Part shown: one piece after another, positions 15,999-23,673 of the stretch
Layout of the letters: each line of letters starts with the position of its first letter
How positions within the stretch are numbered: position 1 is the stretch's first letter
From: a virus
Reading direction: 5' to 3' (one strand)
Length of the DNA stretch: 64,000 nt
IMG/VR virus record: IMGVR_UViG_3300038393_001444
Span: 1-64,000 of that record
Translations under genes and position numbers: made by a program
The notes under the pieces: generated by a model
The model's database searches: none
Seen by the model: the letters and a program-made list of their open reading frames with translations, nothing else
Told to the model about the DNA's origin: nothing

Positions 15999-16261
15999 CG
16001 CTGGCGGCTGAAGATGCTGGCCAGCAGCACGGTCGGCGTTTCCTGCACCGGCCGCGCATCCGGCACCTGGGGGCCGTAGACGCCGGCGACGATCAGGCGG
16101 CAGGCCGCCTCATCGCCTTCGGGTCGGTAGATCCGTCCGCCGAGCGGGCCGTGCAGGCGGCAGATCAGGATCTCGGCTGCGGCATGCAGCTGCACCTGCA
16201 GGCCCTGCGCGCGGGCGGTCCAGTAGTGCAGCAGGCCGCCGGTGAGCTCTTCCACCTTCAT
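15995..16261 (-). CDS. short NinX-like protein
   Basis: MKVEELTGGLLHYWTARAQG...ACRLIVAGVYGPQVPD. Confidence 0.55.
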   Translation of the reverse strand: MKVEELTGGLLHYWTARAQGLQVQLHAAAEILICRLHGPLGGRIYRPEGDEAACRLIVAGVYGPQVPDARPVQETPTVLLASIFSRQR

Positions 16262-16653
16262 GCGCGTGGATCGGATACGGTGTCGCCGAAGGTCGCGCGC
16301 ACGAACGCGCGCATGCCGGCGATCAGCGCCGTGGGGCCGTAGGTGGGCACGTGCGGATCGGTGTTCTTGAACGGCAGCCACGACGTCCACATGCGTTCCG
16401 GCTTGCCGGCGTGGGGCGAGATCTCGACGCCTTCGCGCTCGAGGATCGGGCCGCCCTGGCTCCAGTCGACCGACGGCGTGAAGCGGCTGTTGCGGTGATT
16501 CGGGCCGAAGCTGGCCGGCTGCAGGTAGCACACGCCATCCGGGCCGATCCATGCCTGCCCGTAGTAGGTTGCCGCATCCTCGTCGCGCATCGCTTCGGCG
16601 CGCGCGACGTACAAATCCAGTTCCGCGCCGCTCAATTCGTCGGTGTTCAGCAT
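16258..16653 (-). CDS. NinX-like/DUF2591 family protein
   Basis: ELSGAELDLYVARAE...PSVDWSQGGPILERE...GPTALIAGMRAFV. Confidence 0.75.
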   Translation of the reverse strand: MLNTDELSGAELDLYVARAEAMRDEDAATYYGQAWIGPDGVCYLQPASFGPNHRNSRFTPSVDWSQGGPILEREGVEISPHAGKPERMWTSWLPFKNTDPHVPTYGPTALIAGMRAFVRATFGDTVSDPRA

Positions 16654-16674
16654 GCTGTCTCTCGGTGGTGGGGA

Positions 16675-16950
16675 TTAGTTGGAACGGCCGAGCCGCAGCG
16701 CGACGATGGCGCGGCAGACTGCCTCAAGGTGGGTCGCGCCGTCGAAGCGCTGGGTGCCGTTGATGACGAAAACCGGGCTGGCCTCGTCCGTGCGGCAGAC
16801 GAGGTAGCCGGAATCGATCAGCAGGCCCATCAGGCGGCCGCCGGCGGCCCATTCGGTGGAGTAGGGCGGCACGGCGCTGCCATCGACCACGTGGCCAATG
16901 GCGCGGTGCGTGGCGGCATCCAGATCCGGGCCGGCGGCGGGCAGCATCAT
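16675..16950 (-). CDS. NinX-like/ABA-sandwich-like protein
   Basis: AGPDLDAA...PPYSTEWAAGG...ATHLEAVCRAIV. Confidence 0.6.
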   Translation of the reverse strand: MMLPAAGPDLDAATHRAIGHVVDGSAVPPYSTEWAAGGRLMGLLIDSGYLVCRTDEASPVFVINGTQRFDGATHLEAVCRAIVALRLGRSN

Positions 16951-17246
16951 TGCAGCGCCGCCTCGCGCTCTTCCGCGACGCGCTCGCGGGCGAGCTCATC
17001 CGGATCGCGCGCGCGCAGCGGCTTGACCACCTTGCGCGGCTTGGTCATCAGGTTCGGATGCTGGCCCGTCAGCAGCAGGTAGAGCTCCCAGCGCGCCACG
17101 TCCATCTTGCGGCGGCCGCACTCGTATTCATACCAGCGCTGCCCCGTGGCCAAGTGCACGGTGTCGGCAGCTTCTGCCTGGGTATGCTTGGCATTGCGGC
17201 GAGCGACGCTTACTTCCTCGCGGGTCGGTTGTCGATTGATGTTCAT
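16947..17246 (-). CDS. XRE-family HTH regulator, probably leaderless
   Basis: ARRNAKHTQAEAADTV...WYEYECGRR; ATG 6 nt after the -10 box. Confidence 0.8.
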   Translation of the reverse strand: MNINRQPTREEVSVARRNAKHTQAEAADTVHLATGQRWYEYECGRRKMDVARWELYLLLTGQHPNLMTKPRKVVKPLRARDPDELARERVAEEREAALQ

Positions 17247-17252
17247 GATCTC

Positions 17253-17281
17253 AGTGTAGCGCATTGCGTGACGGAATGCAC
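17253..17281 (-). promoter_or_regulatory. sigma70-type promoter GTGCAT-17-TACACT with operator TAGCGCattGCGTGA (17257-17271)
   Basis: Spacing; operator copy; AT-rich upstream region. Confidence 0.6.
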
Positions 17282-17300
17282 TGAATATACAACAAAAAGA

Positions 17301-17714
17301 TTATATTTTGATAATGCCGGCATTCAAGCCATGATCCAGCGCGGAATCGATGTGCGCCTTCGACGCCGGGATCTTGCCGCGCATCCAGCGCAGGATCGTG
17401 TTCATCGGCTTTTTGCGCAGCAGCGCCGGCTCGGCGGCGAGCAGCGCGCGGTAGCGGCTGGCATCGTTGACGACTTCCGTATCCAGCGCCGGGATCATGT
17501 GCTTTTGCGCGTAGTGCGTCAGTAGCGCCGCGACCGGGCACTCGATGCCATGCGTGAACACGTCGACCGGGCCGTTGCGGGTGTCGAGAGTGCGCCGGCG
17601 GTATTGCGTCAGCCGCTCGCCGTCATGCTGGATCTGGACGAACTGGCGCGCCGGGTGCACGTCGATCTGCAGGCCATCGGCGACGCCGCCGAGGAAAAGG
17701 TGCTTGGTGGTCAT
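17301..17714 (-). CDS. hypothetical protein (LFLGGVADG motif)
   Basis: GGAG SD; coupled to neighbour. Confidence 0.65.
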   Translation of the reverse strand: MTTKHLFLGGVADGLQIDVHPARQFVQIQHDGERLTQYRRRTLDTRNGPVDVFTHGIECPVAALLTHYAQKHMIPALDTEVVNDASRYRALLAAEPALLRKKPMNTILRWMRGKIPASKAHIDSALDHGLNAGIIKI

Positions 17715-18049
17715 ATTGCGTATCGCTCCACTTCGAATCGTTGGACGGTCACGCGCTCGCCGGTGTCGGTGAAGCGCGAGAGCGGGGCATTGCCGACGTA
17801 CCAGCCCGCGCAGAGCCGGTAAGCCAGATATCCCGGGGAAAAGACCTTGTATTCTTCCGGCGGTGGCGCGATCGGCTCCTGCGCGGCCATGTAGAGCGGA
17901 TCGCCGCCTACGTCGCGCGAGTGCTGGACGATGACCATCCGAGCCCGGTCGCCGTGGCGCGGATCTTCCGGGTCATTGATGGCGTAGATCACGACAGCGC
18001 CGACCGGCAGCGTGTGCGGTGCGCCCGGGGCTTCGGGTTTAGTGGCCAC
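17711..18049 (-). CDS. hypothetical protein
   Basis: GTG start with AAGGAG SD. Confidence 0.6.
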   Translation of the reverse strand: MATKPEAPGAPHTLPVGAVVIYAINDPEDPRHGDRARMVIVQHSRDVGGDPLYMAAQEPIAPPPEEYKVFSPGYLAYRLCAGWYVGNAPLSRFTDTGERVTVQRFEVERYAI

Positions 18050-18263
18050 AGGGCAACACTCCTTCGGGGGTAAAGGTCGCGCCGCAGGAAAGGCAGCGCG
18101 GCAGATCCTGCAGCTGGCCGAACGGCTTGATCGGCGGGTAATCCAGCTTCTGCGCCCGGTATTGCTCGATCGTGTTGCCGGTGATCCAGCTATCCAGCTT
18201 GCCGGCAATCCAGTGCTCGCGCCGCATCGTGCGGCGGTTGTCGTAAGTGCCATTCGGCGTCAT
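18039..18263 (-). CDS. small Cys-containing hypothetical protein
   Basis: CLSCG...LPCGH; overlaps both neighbours. Confidence 0.55.
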   Translation of the reverse strand: MTPNGTYDNRRTMRREHWIAGKLDSWITGNTIEQYRAQKLDYPPIKPFGQLQDLPRCLSCGATFTPEGVLPCGH

Positions 18264-18481
18264 TTCGGGCCCTTCCAGGGGGTGAACTTGCGCAGCACCG
18301 GGCCGAGCGGCTGGCCGAACACCGGGCCGGCGTCCACGAGCGTGACCGGATCGACGCGGCGGTAGTAGATCGCCACTTTCCAGTCGCCTTCATCCTTGAT
18401 CATGCCGTTGTCATCGGTGACGCGGTAAATGCCGCCCTTCTCGATGTGCTGGATCAGATCGCCATTTTTCGGCAGTTTCAT
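18260..18481 (-). CDS. DUF1653-like small protein
   Basis: QH..KGGIYRV...IYYR...F pattern. Confidence 0.5.
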   Translation of the reverse strand: MKLPKNGDLIQHIEKGGIYRVTDDNGMIKDEGDWKVAIYYRRVDPVTLVDAGPVFGQPLGPVLRKFTPWKGPK

Positions 18482-18620
18482 GCGTTTTTTCCTGTTTGTA
18501 TTTTGGAACCACTTCATGCGCGCCACACTGCAGGCAGTTGATGCGCAACCGGCTGATGTAGTGCTCGATTCGCTCGGCTTCACCGCACTCCGGGCAGCTG
18601 GCTTTCTGCTGGTCAGTCAC
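18411..18620 (-). CDS. possible zinc-ribbon protein
   Basis: CPECG...CLQCG; overlaps next gene by about 70 nt. Confidence 0.4.
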   Translation of the reverse strand: MTDQQKASCPECGEAERIEHYISRLRINCLQCGAHEVVPKYKQEKTHETAEKWRSDPAHREGRHLPRHR

Positions 18621-18672
18621 AGTTCGCCGCCTTCGCTCTCCACGCCTTCGGCGGGCGCATAGTCTTCCATCG

Positions 18673-19422
18673 TTACTCTCCTTCGGTTGCGGTCGGCAGC
18701 GCGGTGGACGGCTCATCCGGAAAGCGCGGTGCTTGCAGGCGCAGCACGTCCAATCCGGTGCGCAGCGCCATGTTCTGCACGTAGGCTTCCAGTTCGATCT
18801 TGCCGGCATGGACGGTCTTGGCCATGGTTTCGGCAAACTGCTCTTGCGCGAAGGCCAGATTGCTCGGCACGTTATGGGCCATGAGATCCAGCGTTCTGGC
18901 CAGCGCCTGCAGCTGGGTCTTGGTGGCTTTGCCGGCGGCGGCAAGTTCCTGCACTTGCGCCAGCACTCCCAGGGCATCTTCGGCGTAGCGTTCGCACTTC
19001 TCGCGCACTTCCCGCGCGAAGGTTTCCTGCGGCGTTTCCTCGCGCTCGATCATCGGCGGCTGTATCAGTTCATAGCCATCGGCCGGCCGGGCGCGGAACG
19101 TGACCGGGGTGCCGCTGCCGTCGCCCTGCGAGGAAATGAAGTGCGCCCATTGCGCTTCGCTCATCATGAGCTCACAGACAATGCCGCGACCGTGCTGGCG
19201 GCTGTTGTGCAGATCCCGGTACTCGCGCGCCAGTTCGACCGTGATCGACACGGTTTGCGAGTGCTTCAGGTCCGAGCCGAACAGGTTCACGCCGTCGCCG
19301 CCGCCCCAGCTGCTCTTCGTCAGCGTGACCTTGCCGAAAGCCGGATGCGCATATTCCCGGTCATATATCGGATGGTTGTCATCCCTGAAGATCTCTGTCG
19401 GTTTCTCATATTCGCGTGACAT
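18673..19422 (-). CDS. conserved phage hypothetical protein (HPAFG...LFGSDL.H...MSEAQWA.FISS..G.GTPVT)
   Basis: ATG 19422 with GGGAG SD, downstream of promoter. Confidence 0.8.
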   Translation of the reverse strand: MSREYEKPTEIFRDDNHPIYDREYAHPAFGKVTLTKSSWGGGDGVNLFGSDLKHSQTVSITVELAREYRDLHNSRQHGRGIVCELMMSEAQWAHFISSQGDGSGTPVTFRARPADGYELIQPPMIEREETPQETFAREVREKCERYAEDALGVLAQVQELAAAGKATKTQLQALARTLDLMAHNVPSNLAFAQEQFAETMAKTVHAGKIELEAYVQNMALRTGLDVLRLQAPRFPDEPSTALPTATEGE

Positions 19423-19456
19423 GGTGGTGCTCCCGTTGTGGTTGTTGACGCCCGGA

Positions 19457-19485
19457 ACTATAACGCAATGAGTTACGCCGGGCAA
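19457..19485 (-). promoter_or_regulatory. sigma70-type promoter TTGCCC-17-TATAGT with operator TAACGCaatGAGTTA (19461-19475)
   Basis: -35/-10 match; operator copy in the spacer. Confidence 0.7.
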
Positions 19486-19489
19486 GCGA

Positions 19490-19678
19490 TCAGGCCGATT
19501 TCTTGCGCCGATCCCATTCCTGTCGGATTGCATCCTCGAGCGCGCGCCGCCCGGCCTTGCCGCGCCGGGCCTCCACGAGCTCCAGAAAGGCGCGGCGCTG
19601 CGCCAGCGTCGGCTTTTCGTTGAGCACATGGCGCGCCTCGCACTGCGCGCGCCACGCCTCGCTGCTGGTGTCGATCAT
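19490..19678 (-). CDS. small hypothetical protein (SEAWRAQCEAR)
   Basis: TGATG coupling to the J-domain gene. Confidence 0.65.
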   Translation of the reverse strand: MIDTSSEAWRAQCEARHVLNEKPTLAQRRAFLELVEARRGKAGRRALEDAIRQEWDRRKKSA

Positions 19679-20265
19679 CAGAAGGGGATGCCGCTGGTGG
19701 TGCTGAACATCGACGGCTCGGTTTCATAGGCATAGTCCACCAGCAGTTCCTTGAGCGCGTCGCCGCGCTTCAGGCTGGTTTCCAGATTGGCCGCCAGCTG
19801 TTCCTTGTCGCGGATCGTCGCCTGCAGCATCGACGCGATGATGTTTTCGCCATCGCCGGAGAACTTCAGGCGCTGCGCGGCGCGCTGCATGCGGCGGATC
19901 TCGTTCTGCGCCTGGGCGATGCCCTGGCGGATGCCCAGCTGCGCGGCCTCGATGTGGCTGCGCACGTGCATGACAAGGTTCGTGCGGTCCAGATCCGGGC
20001 ACTGCATGACGAGCGCCAGAAACATCTGCGCGAGCTCGGCCAGCATCTGCTGGCGCGTGTCGTGCTGCCGGGTGTCGCCGCTGCGGTCGTACTGCAGCCG
20101 GCGCGCCGGGTCCATCAGCACGTCATGCGCTTCCTGCAGCCGGGCAAACGTCGCCGCGTCGCCGCCGCGATCCGGGTGGTGCTTCATGGCGCGCTTGCGG
20201 TACGCGCGCTTGATCGCGTCGGGGCTGGCGTCCTTGTCGACGCCGAGAGTGTCATACAGGCTCAT
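19678..20265 (-). CDS. J-domain (DnaJ-like) protein with coiled coil
   Basis: LYDTLGV...IKRAYRKRAMKHHPDRGG...AHDVL.DP.RR..YD. Confidence 0.9.
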   Translation of the reverse strand: MSLYDTLGVDKDASPDAIKRAYRKRAMKHHPDRGGDAATFARLQEAHDVLMDPARRLQYDRSGDTRQHDTRQQMLAELAQMFLALVMQCPDLDRTNLVMHVRSHIEAAQLGIRQGIAQAQNEIRRMQRAAQRLKFSGDGENIIASMLQATIRDKEQLAANLETSLKRGDALKELLVDYAYETEPSMFSTTSGIPF

Positions 20266-20465
20266 TTTTTCGCGCTCACCCGGTTCTTGGATTTTTCCTG
20301 GCACTTGTTGCAGATAAAGCGCTTGACGCGGCCGCGCTGGAATTCGGTGCCGTCGCCGGCGTCCACGTCATGCATGCCCTGCGCGCACCAGCGCTTTCCG
20401 CTGGCGGCGATTTGTGCGGCGCGCTTGGCGCGGGCCTTGGCGTTCTTTTCTTCAGCGGCGTTCAT
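20262..20465 (-). CDS. small zinc-binding hypothetical protein
   Basis: WCAQGMH...ICNKC. Confidence 0.55.
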   Translation of the reverse strand: MNAAEEKNAKARAKRAAQIAASGKRWCAQGMHDVDAGDGTEFQRGRVKRFICNKCQEKSKNRVSAKK

Positions 20466-20793
20466 AGTCTCGGATGGTTTCAATGTGGAAGCGGGCGATC
20501 GGGTAGAAGCGAGTGATTTCCAGTTCGTAGTAGGCGACCATCACCATGTCGTTGCGGCGGGTGTAGCAGCCGACTGCCATCTGCTGGCCGTTGGTGATGA
20601 ATGCGCCGCGCCAGCCCTTGCAAATGCTCGGCTTTTCCTGGGTCAGCACGATCGTGTTGCCGTCATCATCCCGGCCTTCGAGCACGTGGCCGAGCTCGCG
20701 CGCATGCGCCGGCCGGACGCCGAAGTAGATGATCGAGAACAGGGCGACGATGGCCAGTGCCAGCGTCACGCGGTCACGCTTGCGGGCGCTCAT
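20452..20793 (-). CDS. exported or membrane-anchored hypothetical protein
   Basis: Basic N-terminus, hydrophobic helix, AHA motif. Confidence 0.6.
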   Translation of the reverse strand: MSARKRDRVTLALAIVALFSIIYFGVRPAHARELGHVLEGRDDDGNTIVLTQEKPSICKGWRGAFITNGQQMAVGCYTRRNDMVMVAYYELEITRFYPIARFHIETIRDYERR

Positions 20794-21296
20794 GCTGCAC
20801 CCGTGCTACCGAAGCCGCCCGCGCCGCGCGCGGTGTCGCGGTCGAATTCCTTGACCACGCGGATCTCGGCGCGCTCGACCGGCACGATGGCCAGCTGGGC
20901 GACGCGTTCCTTGTGGCGGATGCAGCGCGGCCGGTTGGTGCGATTCCACAGGATCAGGCGGATCTCGCCGGTGTAATCCTCATCGATCAGCGGCACGAGG
21001 TTGCCGAGCACGACGCCCAGCTTGCCGCCGGTGCTCGATCGCGGCAGGATCAGCGAGGCATAGCCGGGCAGATTGAACTGCAGCGCGATGCCGGTGCGCA
21101 CCATCTTCTGCTCGCCTGCCGGCAGGATGATGTAGGGCGCGTCCAGCAGCGCGCGCAGATCCATACCGGCCGCGCCGGCGCTGCCGTATTCCGGCACGAC
21201 GGCTTCCGGGTGCAGCAGCTTCATCTGGACGGGGATGCGCGGCTGGTATTCGTGGAAGGAGCCGGCGGGGATGGTGGATGCTGCTCGGTCGTTCAT
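20790..21296 (-). CDS. dut: trimeric dUTPase
   Basis: AAGMDL, PRSSTG, IDEDYTGE, RVAQL, RGAGGFGSTG motifs. Confidence 0.95.
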   Translation of the reverse strand: MNDRAASTIPAGSFHEYQPRIPVQMKLLHPEAVVPEYGSAGAAGMDLRALLDAPYIILPAGEQKMVRTGIALQFNLPGYASLILPRSSTGGKLGVVLGNLVPLIDEDYTGEIRLILWNRTNRPRCIRHKERVAQLAIVPVERAEIRVVKEFDRDTARGAGGFGSTGAA

Positions 21297-22195
21297 TTGG
21301 AAGTCTCCATGGGATTGATGCGGTAAGTTTTGTCGACGTGGCCGAGCGCGGCATTGCCCACGGCCATGCGCTTGATGAAGCGGGTGAAACGGATATTTCC
21401 CTGCTCGTCGCGGTACCGGCGGATATGCCCGCGCCGGAAGTGAAAGCGCGGCGAATTGTGGCTGCCGCCCTGGTGCGCCCCGCGCGCGCGGCCTTCCTTG
21501 AACACGTCCAGCAGCCAGTAGGAATAGAACGGCGTCTTGCCATTCTTGGCGCGCTTCTTGTTCAGCTTGGCCGGCGCTTCGATGCGCTCGCGCTTCACGT
21601 TCTCGCAGTTCACGACCATCATGAATTCGATCGCGGCCACGACTTCATCGGCCAGATCGGTTGCGGCTTCGCGCTCGGTGTAGCCGCGATGCCAGATCTC
21701 CGTGATGAACGGCCGGGTGTCGAACGCAATGCGGTCGCCTTCGCTGACTTCCAGCGTATCCGGATCGAGGATCGCAACGGCCGGCGCGAACGTCCAGACG
21801 CCATCCTCGACTTCGAACGCCGAAAGCAGGGCGACACCAGTATCCGGCTGGCTGCTGTACAGCTGGACGCTGCCGAGATCGATGCACAGCGCGATGCGGC
21901 GCTTCGGGAAGTAGGGATGCTCGCGCACGTCCTCGAGCGCGCGCAGCCGGCGCGGGCAGAAGAATTCCAGCGCGCAGACCGGGGCCGGCAGGCGCAGCAG
22001 ATCCGGGCCGTAGCCGCGCCGCTCGCCCTGCTTAAAGACGCGCCCGTAGTCGGGCATGATGAACTTGTCGGCGCTGTCCAGCTTGTCCATGGCATCCGCC
22101 ATGCGATCCCAGCTGTCGGCGAAACTGGCTTGATAGGCCGCCATGTTGCGGGGCTCGCGGAAGTATTCCAGCAGGTGGGTGCAGTAATTGTTCAT
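21293..22195 (-). CDS. conserved phage hypothetical protein (KLNKKR...SPRFHFRRGHIR)
   Basis: Long ORF with ATGA overlaps. Confidence 0.75.
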   Translation of the reverse strand: MNNYCTHLLEYFREPRNMAAYQASFADSWDRMADAMDKLDSADKFIMPDYGRVFKQGERRGYGPDLLRLPAPVCALEFFCPRRLRALEDVREHPYFPKRRIALCIDLGSVQLYSSQPDTGVALLSAFEVEDGVWTFAPAVAILDPDTLEVSEGDRIAFDTRPFITEIWHRGYTEREAATDLADEVVAAIEFMMVVNCENVKRERIEAPAKLNKKRAKNGKTPFYSYWLLDVFKEGRARGAHQGGSHNSPRFHFRRGHIRRYRDEQGNIRFTRFIKRMAVGNAALGHVDKTYRINPMETSK

Positions 22196-22464
22196 TCGCC
22201 AATCTCGCGGAAATCGGGGTCGAAGGAAACGTCGATCAGCGCGTGGATGCAGCCGGCGCAGCGCGGGTCGGTCGCGGAAGCGTCAAACATGCAGTCCGTG
22301 CTCATGACGTGGCGGATCTCCTTCATGACCGGCAGGCGCGTCGGATAGGGCTCGTGCCGGGTCGCGTCGGGCTCGTCGCGCCATCCTTCTTGCGCCATGT
22401 AGGGTGAGCCGCCGGCCACGGGGCGCGGGCGGTTGTGGCAGCCGTAGGGGTTCATTGTGCTCAT
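22192..22464 (-). CDS. Cys/His-containing hypothetical protein
   Basis: YGCHNRP...C...DPRCAGC. Confidence 0.65.
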   Translation of the reverse strand: MSTMNPYGCHNRPRPVAGGSPYMAQEGWRDEPDATRHEPYPTRLPVMKEIRHVMSTDCMFDASATDPRCAGCIHALIDVSFDPDFREIGE

Positions 22465-22515
22465 GGCGGGAAAGGGCCGGCAATGCGCCGGCCCGTGTGA
22501 GTGAATGACTAAGGG

Positions 22516-23514
22516 TTAGGCTTCGATGGCGATCTGATAGGCCGCGCTCTTCATGCGGTCGCCGTCGCCGAACCATGCGGAATTCAGGCGGCGGCCCTGA
22601 TCCTTGCCGCGCTCATGGTCGACCAGCTGGGTAACTGCATTGAGCCAGCCCCATTTCGTGAAGCCCGCCATGTCCGCGCCGATCGCTTGGCCGTCGAAGA
22701 GCTCCATCACGCGCTTGTAGCCCTTGTTCGCGGTCACGTCCACGACCTTGCCTTCCTGGGCCTTCATCGTCGGCGCGATCAGCTTGGCGGTCATGTCGGC
22801 GGCCTTGTCCAGATTGATTTCCTGCTGCGCGAGCATCTTGGTCTGGATGATCCACTTGTCGAAGGAGTTGGTGAAAATGCCGAGATCCTTGCGCACCTGA
22901 TCGGCGTTGAACTTGGCGTTATGGTTCACCTTCACGGTGGTGGCGATGCCCCGGCCGTTGTTCTTGGTGCCCGGCTCGTACAGCGCGGCGGTGATCGTGT
23001 TGTTGCAGACCACGCGGATCGTGGTCAGCTTCGCCGTGGTGGCCATCGTGCCATCGTAAGAGGTCGACAGCAGCAGGTAGGGCATCACGTGATCCTGGCC
23101 GATGATCGGCGCGCCTTCGCCGATCTTGGCCAGCGCCCAAATGCGCTTGCCGTCCGACAGCGCGCCGGCGGTTTCCAGCGAAAAGCCGCCCACGCGCACG
23201 AGCTTGTCGAAGAAGCCCATGACCTGCTCGGGCTGGACGATGTGGTAGTTCTTGCCGACCACGCCGAGCGGCTGGTTGGTGTCGCCGCGATAGAGCACGT
23301 CGCGCACGAGCATCGTGTGCAGTTCGAACTGCTCGCCGACCGCGTACTGGACCGGGGCGCGCAGCACTTCCCACGCCAGCCCGGCTTCCCGGGTCCACGT
23401 TCCGATATCGGCGTCAGCGGTCAGGCGCTGGCCGAGCTTGTGCCACGGGGTTGCGCCTACGAAGGCAATCGCGGCGGTTCCGGTGCTCACGTCGATCTGA
23501 TGGCATTCATTCAT
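22516..23514 (-). CDS. DUF932-family phage/plasmid protein
   Basis: TPWHKLG, LGVVG..Y.IVQ, LETAGAL.DGK.IWALA, YDG, RVVCNNT. Confidence 0.85.
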   Translation of the reverse strand: MNECHQIDVSTGTAAIAFVGATPWHKLGQRLTADADIGTWTREAGLAWEVLRAPVQYAVGEQFELHTMLVRDVLYRGDTNQPLGVVGKNYHIVQPEQVMGFFDKLVRVGGFSLETAGALSDGKRIWALAKIGEGAPIIGQDHVMPYLLLSTSYDGTMATTAKLTTIRVVCNNTITAALYEPGTKNNGRGIATTVKVNHNAKFNADQVRKDLGIFTNSFDKWIIQTKMLAQQEINLDKAADMTAKLIAPTMKAQEGKVVDVTANKGYKRVMELFDGQAIGADMAGFTKWGWLNAVTQLVDHERGKDQGRRLNSAWFGDGDRMKSAAYQIAIEA

Positions 23515-23567
23515 GGGAAATTCTCCGTTCTCTGTTGGTTGGGTTTGTCGCTGCATCCGACACCTGA

Positions 23568-23595
23568 ATCATAACGCATAGCGTGATTCTGTCAA
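23568..23595 (-). promoter_or_regulatory. sigma70-type promoter TTGACA-16-TATGAT with operator TAACGCataGCGTGA (23572-23586)
   Basis: Near-consensus boxes; operator copy in the spacer. Confidence 0.8.
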
Positions 23596-23633
23596 TAACT
23601 TTTTGCGATTTCCTGGGTGAAAGTGTGGCGCTG

Positions 23634-23648
23634 TCGTGACGCTAGAGT
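23634..23648 (+). promoter_or_regulatory. putative late promoter TCGTGACGCTAGAGT
   Basis: Consensus match upstream of portal. Confidence 0.75.
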
Positions 23649-23673
23649 GGCAGGTGTCAAATGGGAGCCTTGC

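Noticed and set aside
22471-22494. GC hairpin downstream of the DUF932 gene
   Set aside because: Only three U residues follow; possible weak terminator but not supported enough to call.
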